Source: Mobula hypostoma (taxonomy: Eukaryota). From it: a stretch of 64,000 nucleotides of DNA. Below, in pieces: positions 39,001-51,915 of the stretch (its first letter is position 1; each line of letters starts with the position of its first letter). A model generated the notes under the pieces. It had not been told where the DNA came from and did no database searches. It saw only the letters and a list, made by a program, of their open reading frames with translations. Location: assembly GCF_963921235.1 (NCBI RefSeq), contig NC_086097.1:40860001-40924000 (forward strand), read 5' to 3'. Position numbers and translations under genes: made by a program.

Positions 39001-39734
39001 AGGCCAGAATTGCTGATTATACGAAAATCAGCACTGAGTTAAGATGACTGTAATATGCCAAATCAGAAGATAAGGTGCTGTTCCATGAGATTATATTGAG
39101 CTCTAAAGAGTTCTAAATGGGAGTTAAATCTGCTATTAAGTATCTGCTGGTCAGCGTCCTTGAAATAGATAAGCAACACAGCTGACTATCAATAGCTAAC
39201 TTGTACATTTTCTATTATGTAAAGCCTTGAGGCTAACATGGAGCCTGGCTGGATAATGACGTAGAGTGACTCTTTTCCTTCTCGTAGGGGGGAATATTTG
39301 GCTGAGGGCAGAATAGGGTTGATTGTGTTGTAGAAGTTACATTGTGCCAGGATGAAAATTGCTCAGTGAGCCAGAAGGCCTATACTGGTCCTGTCTCGTA
39401 AATCTACGGCAGCAACAGTACTTGCACAGCTCACATTTCTTAGGAATGGGTTTTGCTGACATGATTCCCTCAATACACTAGTTTCCTTTGGACCCTGAGA
39501 GCGCTATTTAAAGAAAGCCAAAGGCATTGGGAAGATAATAATTTTAGATATTTATCTTTTTAGTCTGATTGGCTCATGGAGGGTTGAGTGAAAGATATTG
39601 GCCAGCTCTCTGTCCTGACATTGCTTCCAGATTGTTTCTCATGGAAGTTTCTGTAGATGGATCTTTGGTTTATGTTGGTGTGAAATATGATGTCTGTACT
39701 TCTACACCATTTCCTTAGCTCCCATCAAGTGTTA

Positions 39735-40005
39735 CAGAGTATGAGAAGTCTTGGGCTTTTCTTGCCCCTCTCGGTCTGGAATCTCTGTCTCCTGAGAGTG
39801 ATGGAGACCAGATCTACAGGTTCAAGATGGAGATGGATAAATATTGGAAGGATCAAGGAATTGAGTGTTGTAGGGAGCTGGCACAGAAGAGGAGTTGAGA
39901 TCAGCATAGATCAGTCAATCTCACACTGAATGATGGGTGGAATTAAGGGGCCTGGTGGTCTATGTCTGCATCTGTTTTTTTATCTTCTTACTTTCTTATG
40001 TTCTT
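39735..40005 (+). mobile_element. Old CR1 3' fragment
   Basis: tctggaatctctgtc..ttcaagatggagatggataa..gggcctgg..ttcttatgttctt follows the CR1 3' layout. Confidence 0.6.
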
Positions 40006-40737
40006 GAGAAACTTTGGAGTAAAATTTAAAAACACCCTTGTTAGGCATGCGTTATTTCTCTCTCTGTACAAATACTGGCTATTATTCTCTTTTTTTTGTT
40101 GGAGAAATATCTAGAAATGTGAATTTATTGTCATATGCACAAGTACATGTATGTGCAGGAACAATGAAAAACCTGTGGCAGCGTCACCAGAATCATATAA
40201 ATAGCTATCACGAGAAAAACATAAACAAATTATACAAAATATTTACAGGAAAAACACAGACGAAAAAAACGACACAAGTCCATTTTAAGGCAAAGTGTTC
40301 ATGATGTAGCTAAACTGTTTTGCTGATTTTACTTTCACTATTGATTAGCTAGACTTTTAAATTGTACTTTTTGGGAATAGTATGATGAGCAAAGGGTGGA
40401 CAGTATCTATTCCACCCAATTCTTTTATTTTGTCTTGTGCTGAGTCATTATCATTAGTAGGTAATAGCATCATCATTTCAGAATTTTAATATATCATTCA
40501 TGTAAGAATCTATCAATTCTAAAACTATTCTAAAGCTTTTGGAAACTTAGGGAAATATTTCCTTCAAGATTACAGACAAGTACAGACATAGTATGATTCA
40601 TGCAGAAAAATAATGTCAAGAGATAAAAAGTTACAGCAATTAAATTGGGAATGGATATGTTCTGGGATTTTGCAATGAGCTGGAGATGTTCAACAAATAT
40701 TTGAATAATTGACACTGTTTGCATCTTCTTTCTGTAG

Positions 40738-40877
40738 CTCCACCAACTGTAAGTATCATGCACTCTGGTCAAGCATGTAACATTGAGGAAGAACGATATA
40801 CGGAGAGAGTGTACACAATTCGGGAAGGAGAAACCTTGGAGCTCACTTGCCTTGTTCGAGGCCATCCACGGCCACAG
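40738..40877 (+). CDS. MDGA2: Internal coding exon of MAM domain-containing GPI anchor protein 2 (start of Ig domain 1)
   Basis: Polypyrimidine tract + AG (tcttctttctgtag, AG at 40736-40737); 140-bp exon (phase 1 in, phase 0 out) encoding (A)PPTVSIMHSGQACNIEEERYTERVYTIREGETLELTCLVRGHPRPQ; GTGAAT donor at 40878. The ACNIEEERY motif matches MDGA2 rather than MDGA1 as I recall them. Confidence 0.95.
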
Positions 40878-41999
40878 GTGAATTCAAAATCTCATATTTT
40901 ACAAAAAGTTACCGAATGTACTTATTTTTGATGCAAATATTATTCAAGGAGCACTAGATGTGGTAGGTTAATCATTGGTCTTTCAATTCCCCACTTGGGA
41001 TTTAATTAAACATTTAACCATTTGGATAGAACTCTCCTTAAAACCTCAGATGAAATGGTCTTGTATGAAATATGTTTGAAAATCACAGTCCAGTCCCAAT
41101 GATTATGGTACATTACTCAAAAAAATCCTAATTTGTTACTAAATGGAACCATATTTTGTTAACTTAATTTGGGTCATAATATGTCATAATTAATTACTCA
41201 TACAGAAGGACGTTTCTCCTCAGAGGTTGAGACAGACACAGGTAGATATGACAACCAGGGGACATTTACAGAATCTTGCTTCGTCTGTAAACCTGACTTG
41301 AGAATTCCGGTGTCAGATATATCACATAGAAAACACACCAAGCACAAAATTCCCTGTGAATGAGAAAGTAAAAGTTAACTGTAACATTTAGTTAAAATTC
41401 TTTTTGGATTGTTTCTTATTATTATTTACTAGCATTGTTACCTATCAGCAACTACTCTTGATAGCTTGTGTTTCTGGCTTCTACTCCTGTGTTTGTGTGA
41501 CAGTGCTCTTGTAAGACAGGTTTCTTCTCACCACTTCATTGATGGGTAGAGTTAGTACTTCTGCAAAAGTGAATGACTATTCCCTCACATCATAGCATGC
41601 CTATGAGTAATTTTAAAACTAAATTGGGAGCTGCATGTGCAATAACAGTAGAAGTGCACATTTGCTCTTTCAGAGTTGAAAAGCTGTGACGTGTCTTCAG
41701 TCCTCTGATAACGTTGGAAGCAACAGAGTTTTAATTCCATGCTGGAGTTCAAGACATACATGCCATTATTGAAGCTATGATCTTCATGACACCATGTAAA
41801 ACAGCTGCATAATGTGATAACATACTTATCATTTTATGTCACCAAAGCATATCTATCGGTGAGCAAATCTGTGTTGAGTTTTTGAAAAAATTGGAATTAT
41901 TTAAGGCTACTCCTGCATCATGCTTCAAGAAGCTTTCAAACTTCTGAGCTACAGATCAGGAAGTATATTGCTGCCATGAAAGTCAATGGGATCTGTTTT

Positions 42000-44900
42000 G
42001 GGGTAAGGATGAATTGTACAAAAGGGACGGGTTGCACCTTAACAGGCGGGGGACCAGCATTCTAGCAGGTAGGTTTGCCACTGCTACACGGTTGTGTTTA
42101 AACTAAGTAGTGGGGTAGGGAGGAGACAAACTGGAAATATAAGGATGGAGTTAAAGGAAAAGAGAGAATAAGAAAAGTTAAGAAAGACAGTAGAATTAAC
42201 GGGGCAGAAAGCTCAGGAAGGGATCAGAGAGTATGGCCGTGCAATAGGAATCGATGTGAAAGGTGAGGGGAGTAATGGATTAAAAGTACTATATATGAAT
42301 GCACGAAGTATAAGAAATAAACTGGATGAGCTTGAGGCTGAGTTGGAAATTGGCAGGTATGATGTTGTAGGAATAGCAGAGACATGGCTGCAAGAGGACC
42401 AGGCTGGGAAATGAATATTCAAGGGTATATCTCCTATCGGAAGGACAGACAGTTGGGCAGAGGGGGTGGGGTGGCTTTGCTTGTGAGGAATGAAATTCAG
42501 TCACTTGCGAGGGGTGACATAGAATCAGGAGATGTAGAGTCAGTATGGATAGAACTGAGAAATTTTAAGGGCAAAAAAACCTCTAATGGGAATTATTTAC
42601 AGGCCCCCAAACAGTAGCCTGGATATAGGGTGCAAGTTGAATCAAGAGTTAAAATTGGCATGTTGCAAAGGTAATGCGACGGTTGTTATGGGGGATTTCA
42701 ACATGCAGGTAGACTGGGAAAATCAGGTTGGTACTGGACCCCAAGAAAGGGAGTTTGTGGGGTGCCTCCGAGATAGATTCTTAGAGCGGCTTGTACTGGA
42801 GCCTACCAGGGAGAAGGCAATTCTGGATCTAGTGTTGTGCAATGAACCAGATTTGATAAGGGAACTCGAGGTAAAGGAGCCATTAGGAGGTAGTGACTAT
42901 AATATGACAAGTTTTAATCTACAATTTGAGAGGGAGAAGGGAAAATTGGAAGTGTCAGTATTACAGTTGAACAAAAGGGACTATGGAGCCATGAGGGAGG
43001 AGCTGGCCAAAGTTGACTGGAAAGATACCCTAGCAGGGATGACAGTGGAACAACAATGGCAGGTATTTCTGGGAATAATATAGAAGGTGCAGGATCAGTT
43101 CATTCCAAAGAGGAAGAAAGATTCTAAGGGGAGTAAGGGGCGACCATGGCTGACAAGGGAAGTCAAGGACAGTATAAAAATAAAAGAAAAGAAGTATAAC
43201 TTAGCAAAGATGAGCAGGAAGCCAGAGAATTGGGAAACTTTTAAAGAGCAACAGAAGATGACTAAAAAGGCAATTCAGGGAGAAAAGATGAGGTACGAAG
43301 GTAAGCTAGCCAAGAATATAAAGGAATATAGTAAAAGCTTCTTTAGGTATGTGAAGAGGAAGACATTAGTTCAGACCAAATTTGGGCCCTTGAAGATAGA
43401 AACAGGTGAATTTATTATGGGGAACAAAGAAATGCAGACAAGTTGAACAGATACTTTGGATCTATCTTCACTAGGAAAGACACAAACAATCTCCCAGATG
43501 TAATAGTGGCCAGAGGACCTAGAATAACAGAGGAACTGAAGGAAATTCACATTAGGCAGAAAATGGTGTTGGGTAAACTGATGGGATTGAAGGCTGATAA
43601 ATCCCCAGGGCCTGATGGTCTGCATCCCAGGGTACTTAAGGAGGTGGCTCTAGAAATTGTGGGCGCATTGGTAATCATTTTCCAATGTTCTATAGATTCA
43701 GGATCAGTTTCTGTGGATTAGAGGGTCGCTGAAGTTATCCCGCTTTTTAAGAAAGGAGGGAGAGAGAAAACAGGGAATTATAGACCAGTTAGCCTGACAT
43801 CAGTGGTGGGGAAGATGCTGGAGTCAATTATAAAAGATGAAATCGCAGCACATTTGGATAGCAGTAACAAGATCGGTCTGAGCCAGCATGGATTTACGAA
43901 GGGGAAATCGTGTTTGACTAATCTTCTGGAATTTTTTGAGGATGTACTATGAAAATGGACAAGGGAGAGCCAGTGGATGTAGTGTACTTGGTCTTTCAGA
44001 ATGCCTTTGATAAGGTCCCACATAGGAGATTAGTGGGCAAAATTGGAGCAGATGGTATTGGGGGTAGGGTACTGACATGGATAGAAAATTGGTTGGCAGA
44101 CAGGAAACAAAGAGTAGGGATTAACAGGTCCCTTTCAGAATGCAGGGACCTAATTCGACTAGTGGAGTACCGCAAGGCTCACTGCTGGGAACGCAGCTGT
44201 TTACAATATATATTAATGATTTAGATGAAGGGATTAAAAGCAACAGTAGCAAATTTGCAGATGACACAAACCTGGGTGGCAGTGTGAAATGTGAGGAGGA
44301 TGTTATGAGAATGCAGGGTGACTTGGACAGGCTGGGTGAGTGGGCAGATGCATGGCAGATGCAGTTTAATGTGGATAAATGTGAGGTTATCCACTTTGGT
44401 GGTAAGAACGGGAAGGCAGATTATTGTCTAAACGGAGTCAAGTTAGGAAAAGGGGAAGCACAACGAGATCTAGGTGTTCTTGTTCATCAGTCACTGAAAG
44501 TAAGCATGCAAGTACAGCAGGCAGTGAAGAAAGCTAATGGCATGCTGGCCTTCATAACAAGGGGAATTGAGTATAAGTGCAAAGAGGTCCTTCTGCAGCT
44601 GTACAGGGCCCTGGTGAGACCACACCTGGAGTACTGTGTGCAGTTTTGGTCTCCAAATTTGAGGAAGGACATTCTTGCTATTGAGGGAGTGCAGCGTAGG
44701 TTCACGAGGTTAATTCCTGGGATGGCGGGACTGTCATATGTTGAAAGGTTGGAGTGACTGGGGTTTTATACACTGGAATTTAGAAGGATGAGAGGGGATC
44801 TGATTGAAACATATAAGATTATTAAGGGACTGGACACGCTAGAGGCAGGAAACATGTTCCCGATGTTGGGGGAGTCCAGAGCCAGAGGCCACAGTTTAAG

Positions 44901-45178
44901 AATAAGGGGTAGGCCATTTAGAATGGAGTTGAGGAAAAACTTTTTCACCCAGAAAGTTGTAGATCAGTGGATTACTCTGCCTCAGAAAGCAGTGGAGGCC
45001 AGTTCTCTGGATGCTTTCAAGAAAGAGTTAGATAGAGCTCTTATAGATAGTGGAGTCAAGGGATATGGGGAGAAGGCAAGAACGAGGTACTGATTGTGGA
45101 TGATCTGCCATGATCACAGTGAATGGCGGTGCTGGCTCAAAGGGCCGAATGGCCTACTCCTGCACCTATTGTCTATTG
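42000..45178 (+). mobile_element. CR1 LINE with end of ORF1 and nearly complete, disrupted ORF2
   Basis: DGLHLN (ORF1 esterase end); YMNARSIRNK, GGGVALLV, MGDFN, KFADD, LVRPHLEYCVQFWSP; tail cctattgtctattg. Confidence 0.96.
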
Positions 45179-45989
45179 AATGCAAATATAGAATAATATA
45201 TTTCTTAAAGATTAGTACAACACATCCCCATTGCCACTTGGAGATTTTACACACAGAATTCGGAAGGAGGCCATTCAGCCCACATGTCTGGTATTCTACA
45301 CATTCCTCTGACCTGAGCTCATTGCTCTCTCCTTTTGTATCTTTACTTACATCAATTTCTATCTCAGCACATCTGCGTTCAGTCATTTCATGTCCTGTAA
45401 ATGTTTAATCTATCTGTATCAACCATTATACACATCAGGAAGATCCACATTTTCACTACCAAAGCTAAGAGATTCCTCTTAAGTTCACTCTTTGATCAAT
45501 TAGTGATTTTTATGCCCATCTGTTTTAGACTTGACTAATTTTATCTTCTTCAGACATTGGCTGACTCACAGGTTATCAGATGCATTCTTCCATTTTATTG
45601 GAATATCTTTCTTTCCTGTTTGTGGTATCATCTTTTGCTTTTTGTTTTATTCCTGAGATGGAAATAAATCTGAGATATCACTCAGCAAGTCGTTTCAGCC
45701 TGTAGAAATCCCCAGTAAAGCACTTACTGGGGGTGGGGGTGGGGGCGGTGGAGTGGATTACAGCCATAGAATTTTGAGGTATATGTGTGATTGTTTCTGT
45801 TCTGTGCATACAGTATAACTTTGTTGTTACAAGACAAGAAAATCTAGAATCTTGACTTCATTTTTTTATGGAAGGTGATAAAGAAAGCTCTATTGTTTGA
45901 GAGGAAAAGTGTTAGTCACACCAATTTAAAAGCATTTAATTCGCCAGATTTAAAAAGTGAACAGGGCCTGTCGGGACTTTCTGCAGAGT

Positions 45990-48900
45990 TTGAGATCATA
46001 TGGATAATTAGGCACGTGGCAAGGACAAATAAAGAGGAGTTAGATTTAAGCAGAGTGACCATAGTGTGAGTAGGCCTGAGTTAAAGTGGGGAGCTAAGGC
46101 TTTGGCTCAAGAGAATCTGGTGAGAAGAGGTGGAGACTAAAGTAAATTCTTTTCTTTTCCTTCCCTCCCTTCTTCCCTCTCACCCTCCCTTCCTTCCTTC
46201 ATTTTGCACAGTTAGGGCATTGCAGATGGCAGTCAGGACAGTGAAGTGCTCCTCTTGTGAGATGTGGGAAGGTAGGGAGACCTTCAGGATCTATGGTCCA
46301 CATGGGGACCAATGACATAGATAGGAATCGGGATGAGATCCTGAGGAAGGAATAGAGGGAGTTAGGAAAGAAGTGAAAAAGCAGGACCTCAAGGGTGGTA
46401 ATCTCGGGATTGCTGCCTGTGCCACGAGACAGAGGGGGTAGGAACAGGAAGTTATGGCAGACGAATGTGTGGCTGAAGAGTTGGTGCAAGGGGCAGGGGT
46501 TCAGATTTCGGAATCATTGGGATCTCTTCTGGGGAAGGTCTGATCTGTACAAAAAGGACGGGCTGCACCTGAATTGGAAAAGGACCAATATCTTGGTGGG
46601 CAGGTTTGCTAGAGCTGTTGGGGAGGGTTTAAACTAGTTTGGCAGGGGGGTGGGAATCAGAATGTCAGTGCAGAGAAAGGGTAGAAGGACAAAGGCATGA
46701 TGCTATGTGTTCTGAGTTGGTGAGGAAGGACAGGCAGGGGACAAATTATAAACGTAGCCAGTTAAAGGGGTTGAAATGTGTCTATTTCAACGCTAGGAGT
46801 ATTAGGAATAAAGGGGATGAACTTAAGAGCATGGATCAGAATGTGGAACTACGATGTGGCCATTACTGAAACTTGGCTGGAGGAAGGGCAGGATTGGCTG
46901 ATGCAGGTACCGGGGTTTAGGTGTTTTAAAAGGGATAGGATGGGAGGTAGAAAGGGGGTGTGGGGGGAGTAGCATTACTGGTCAGGGATAGTATAACGGC
47001 TATAGAAAGGGAGGACGCTGTAGAGGGAGTGTCCACTGAGCCGGTGTGGGTGGAAGTCAGAAATAGAAAGGGATCAATCACTGTGCTGAGAGTGGTCTAT
47101 AGGCCCCTAAATAGCCCTCGGGACACCGAGGAGCAGATAAGCAGGCAGATTTTAGAATGGTGCAGGAAACACAGCGTTGTAGTTATGGGTGATTTTAACT
47201 TCCCTCATATTGACTGGCACCTCCTGACTGCAAGGGGGATAGATGGGGCTGAAATTGTCAGGAGTGTTCAAGAAGGATTCCTGACACAGTATGTGGACTG
47301 GCCGACGAGAGGAGAGGCCATACTGGATCTAGTTCTGGGTAATGAACCTGGTCAGGTGGCAGACCTCTTGGTAGGGGAGCATTTTAGTGAGAGTGACCAC
47401 AACTCCCTTAGCTTCAGCATAGATATGGAAAAGGATAAAAGCAGGCAAAATAGGAAAGTGCTTAACTGGGGAAGGGCTAACTATGAAGGGATGAGGCAGG
47501 AACTAGCGAGAGTAAATTGGAAACAGATGTTCAAGGGTGAAAGCACAGAAGTAACGTGGAAGAAGTTTAGGGGCCACTTGTGCAGGGTTCAGGGTAGGTT
47601 TGTCCCACTGAGACAAGAAAAAAATGGTAGGAAGAGGGAACTGTGGCTGACGAAACATGTGAGGCAACTCCTCAAGAGGAAGAAGGAAGCATATATTAGA
47701 TATAAGAAGCATGAAGCAGGAGGGGCTCATGAGAAATAAAGGGTAGCCAGGAAGGAGCTTAAGAAAGGACTTAGGAGAGCTTGAGGGGAACACGAGAAGG
47801 CCTTGGCTTGTAGGATTAAGGAGAACCCCAAGGCATTCTATGCGTATGTGAAGAACAGAAGGATGACAAGAATGAAGGTGGGGCTGCTAAAGGATAAAGA
47901 AGGCAACATGTGCCTGGAGGTGGAGGAGGTTGGGGAGGTCCTAAATGAATACTTTGCTTCAGTATTCACAAGTGAAAAGGACCTTGGTCAGGGTGAGGTC
48001 GAAATAGAACAGGCCTGTGTACTGGACAATGTGGAGATTAAGGAAGAAGAAGTGTTGGCCCTTGTTAAAAACATCAAGATTGATAAGTCCCCAGGGCTAG
48101 ATGTGATATACACCAGGTTCCTGTGGGAAGTGAGAGAAGAAATCGCTGGAGCAGTAGCCATGATCTTTGAATCTTCTTTGGCTGCAGGGGAGGTGCCGGA
48201 GGATTGGAGAATGGCAAATGTAGTTCCCTTGTTTAAAAAAGGTAATAGGGAAAATCCTGGGAACTATAGAGTGGTGAGTCTTACGTCGGTGGTCTGCAAA
48301 CTGTTGGAAAGGATTCTTAAGGATAGGATCTATGAGCATTTGGAGAAGTACAGTCTACTCAAGGATAGTCAACATGGCTTTGTGAAGGGAAGGTCATGCC
48401 TCACGAGCCTAACTGAGTTTTTTGAAGAGGTAACAAAAGAAATTGATGAGGGTAGGGTGGTAGATGTGGTCTACATGGAGTTTAGCAAGGCATTTGACAA
48501 GGCCTCCCATGAGAGACTCATCCAGAAAGTCATGAGGCATGGGATCTGTGGAACCTTGGCTGTTTGGTAAAAAATTGGCTTACAAGAAGAAAACAGAGGG
48601 TAGTAATGGAAGGGAAGTATTCTGCCTGGATGTTGGTGACTAGTGGTCCACAAGGATCTGTCCTGGGACCCCTGCTCTTTGTGATTTTATAATTGACCTG
48701 GATGAAGATGCGGAAGGATGGGTAAGTAAGTTTGCGAATGACACAAAGATTAGAGGAGTTGTGGATGGAGCTGTAGTTTGTTGAAGGTTACAAGAGGATA
48801 TAGACAGGATGCAGAGTTGGGCAGAGAAGTGGCAGATGGAGTTCAATCCGGATAAGTGTGAGGTGATGCATTTTGGAAGGTCAAACCAGAAGGCTGAGTA

Positions 48901-49450
48901 CAGGGTTAATGGTCGGTTACTTAAGAGTGTGGATGAACAGAGGGACCTTGGAGTTCAAATCCATACATCCCTCAAGGTCGTTGCACAGGTTGATAGGATA
49001 GTTAAGAAGGCCTATGGGATGCTAGGCTTGATTAATAGGGGGATTGAGTTCGAGAGTAGGGAGATCATGTTGCAACTCTACAAGTCTCTGGTGAGATCAC
49101 ACAGAGTATTGTGTTCAGTTCTGGTCACCTCATTATAGGAAGGATGTGGAAGTTATGGAGAGGGTGCAGAGGAGATTTACCAGGATGTTGCCTGGATTGG
49201 AAAACAAGTCTTATGAGGCAAGGTTAGCAGAGCTGGGACTTTTCTCTTTGGTGCATAGAAAGATGAGAGGGGACTTAATAGAGGTCTACAAGATTATGAG
49301 AGGCATAGATAGGGTGAATAGCCGGTACCTGTTTCTCAGGGCACGAATAGGTTTAATACTTTTTATTAGGAATATATGGGTCGGCACAACATTGAGGGCC
49401 AAAGGGCCTGTACTGTACTGTAGTATTCTGGTGTCTAGTGTATAGTTCTA
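45990..49450 (+). mobile_element. Near full-length CR1 LINE (5' UTR, internally deleted ORF1, disrupted ORF2)
   Basis: ORF1 start MAVRTVKCSSCEMWE joined directly to VHMGTND..VVISGLLPVP..DGLHLN; ORF2 pieces 46778-49340; 3' tail ..ctagtgtatagttcta. Confidence 0.95.
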
Positions 49451-49651
49451 ATGACAACTATACCTTACTTCAGGTAGTGCATTCGGCTGCAGCTTCTTAC
49501 AGACCATGTTAGGAAACTGGATCTGAATGACATTTGTATTATTCAGAAGATGCAAAGGTTGATTAATAGGAGATACAGGGAGGTAGTTATACCTACGTTG
49601 CAGTGCACAGGTAACTGGGTGACCATCAGGAGAGGGAAAGGGGATAGACAA

Positions 49652-51506
49652 AAGTGAACTGTTTCCTTTAAATGATTCTGTTTCTATATATGATAATACT
49701 CCTTTCAAAGTCACAGATTCCTTTAGATATTTAGGTGTTATAATCAATAAAAAATATAAGGATCTTTATAAAGCTAATTTTGTTCTCTTGGTAGATTCTA
49801 TGAAGTATTTATTTAGTAGATGGAACCCACTTACATGTTCACTTGTTGGTTGCATCCATTATAGTCAAAATGATGATTTTACCAAAATTTTTATATTTGT
49901 CAGAATATCCCTGTTTTTCTGACTAAGGAGTCTTTTGATCGGATTGATTCTATTATTTTATCTTTTATTTGGAATAATAAAAGACCACGAATTAGTAAAT
50001 GTCACTTACAAAAGTTCAAAAAGGATGGAGGTCTTCCTTTGCCTAATTTAAGAATGTATTACTGGGCTGTTCATATGTGATACATGTCCTTTTGGTTACA
50101 TTGGGTTGATAAGAATGATCGGCCAATTTGGGTAGATTTGGAACTGAAAGCTGTGAAACAGTTTTTTTAAACCTCGTTATTGGGAGCTGCTTTACCTATA
50201 CAATTAGCTAAAGTTGCTAATTTAAATTTATACCCTGTGATTAAGCATTCTTTACAAACTTGGCTCCAGTTCCGTAATTTTTTTAATCTTAAAAAATTTA
50301 AACTTTATTAGTTTTATTTATCAAAATTACTTCTTTAAGCCTTCTTTGAGTGATCCAATTTTTTTACTTTGGAAAAATAAAGGTATTAATTCTTTTTTGG
50401 ATTTATTTAAAGCAGATAGACTGATGTCTTTTGAACAATTAGTTGATAAATATTCTCTTTCATACTCATACTTTTTACAATACATTCAAGTTAGACATTT
50501 CTTACAAAAATATTTAAGTAATTTTCCTTACATATTGGATGCCGACCTGTTAGATACTATTACGAGTATGAACCCTTTGATGAAGGGTTCTGTTGGAAGA
50601 ATTTATAATATACTATTACAATGGGATAAGCATCCCTTATTTAAGATTAAACAAGATTAGGAAAAGGAACTTAATTTGACTTTTATGAAGGAGGACTGGA
50701 CGCGGATTTTGAAGTTGGTTAACTCTTCTTCGATCTGTGCTAGTCATTCACTGATTCAATTTAAAATTGTACATCGTTACTATTTGACGACGGAGAGATT
50801 GTCTAAAATGTTTCCTAATGTTGATAGTTATTGCGATAGATGTAAAGCTGACACAGCTACACTGACACACATGTTTTGGTCCTGTTCTATACTGGAACAG
50901 TTCTGACGTCAGTTTTTTCTACAATTTCTAAAGCACTTAAAATTAATTTACAACCTAACAAATTAACTGTGCTTTCCGTGGTATCTCTTTGTCTGACCAA
51001 CATGTTATTGCATTTGTTACATTGATAGCTAGGAGGGCCATTTTGTTGAAATGGAAGGATACATCGGCTCCCATTTTGTCACAATGGTTCTCTCAAGTGA
51101 TGCTGTGTCTTAGTTTGGAGAAAATTAGAAGTCGAACCTTTGAACCTATGTTTGATTTTGAGAAAAGATGGGGTTCATTTGCTCGTTATTATCATTTGAG
51201 TTAACTGATGGATTCCTCACGATCCAATTGTAAATTTTTGGTATATTTTTGTTCTTGCTGGCGGTTTGATGTTTATCTTTAGAAGCTTTTTGTATGACAC
51301 ATGGCTCTGGGGTTGAACACCTAATGGATTTTTTTTCTCACTTTTTCTTGCTTAGTAGGGGTTTTTTTCTCTTTTTTTTGTCACCAAAATTTTTTCAATC
51401 TTTAAAACAATGTTTTTTTTCTTGAGGCATTGTAAGTGTTGCCTACTTCGATGTACTCTTGTTAATTTTGGATAATTAATAATAAAAAGATTTGAAAAAG
51501 GAAGAA
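49652..51506 (+). mobile_element. L1-clade LINE, 5'-truncated (ORF2 C-terminal half with CCHC knuckle), A-rich tail
   Basis: FRYLGV, GGL.LPNLR.YYWA, IQFKIVHRYY..CDRC....TLTHMFWSC motifs of fish L1 ORF2; AATAAA + A-rich tail; AGACAA at 49646-49651 and 51507-51512 as TSD. Confidence 0.92.
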
Positions 51507-51741
51507 AGACAACCAGTTGCAGGATACCTCTGTGACTGTTCTCAATAACAAGTATGTTGTTTTGGATTCAAACTGGCAAAGGAAAGCCACAGCAGTCAGG
51601 TCCCTGGCACTGAGTCCAGTGCTGTGACTCAGAAGTGAAGGAGGGAAAAGAGGCGAATTTTAATGATAGGGGATTCATTGGTTAGGGAACAGGCAGGAGG
51701 TTCTGTAGATGAGAATGAGATTCCTGCATGATATGCTTCCC

Positions 51742-51915
51742 GCCCTCCCCCCACCTTCTTTATAGGGCCTCTGCCCCTTCCCTCTACAGTCCTGATGAAG
51801 GGTTCTGGCCCGAAACTTTGACTGATCATTTCCACGGATGCTGCCTGACCCGCTGAGTTCCTCCAGCGTGTTGTGAGTGTTGCTTTGACCCCAGCATCTG
51901 CAGATTATTTTGTGT
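51742..51915 (+). mobile_element. Penelope-associated short repeat (pLTR-like) inserted into CR1 ORF1
   Basis: TGCTTCCC on both sides (51734-51741, 51916-51923); pyrimidine-rich 5' part, hammerhead motif, and the ctgctgagttcctccagc-type 3' part shared with five other loci. Confidence 0.8.
51787..51824 (+). ncRNA. Minimal type-I hammerhead ribozyme motif
   Basis: CAGUC (stem I) - CUGAUGA-A - GGGU ucug GCCC (stem II) - GAAA - CUUU - GACUG (stem I'); both core boxes intact, helix III/cleavage triplet mutated relative to the inferred GAAACGUY. Confidence 0.7.

Noticed and set aside
40719..40931. 70-aa ORF as a complete small protein
   Set aside because: Only 40738-40877 is exon; the flanking residues are intronic read-through past canonical splice sites
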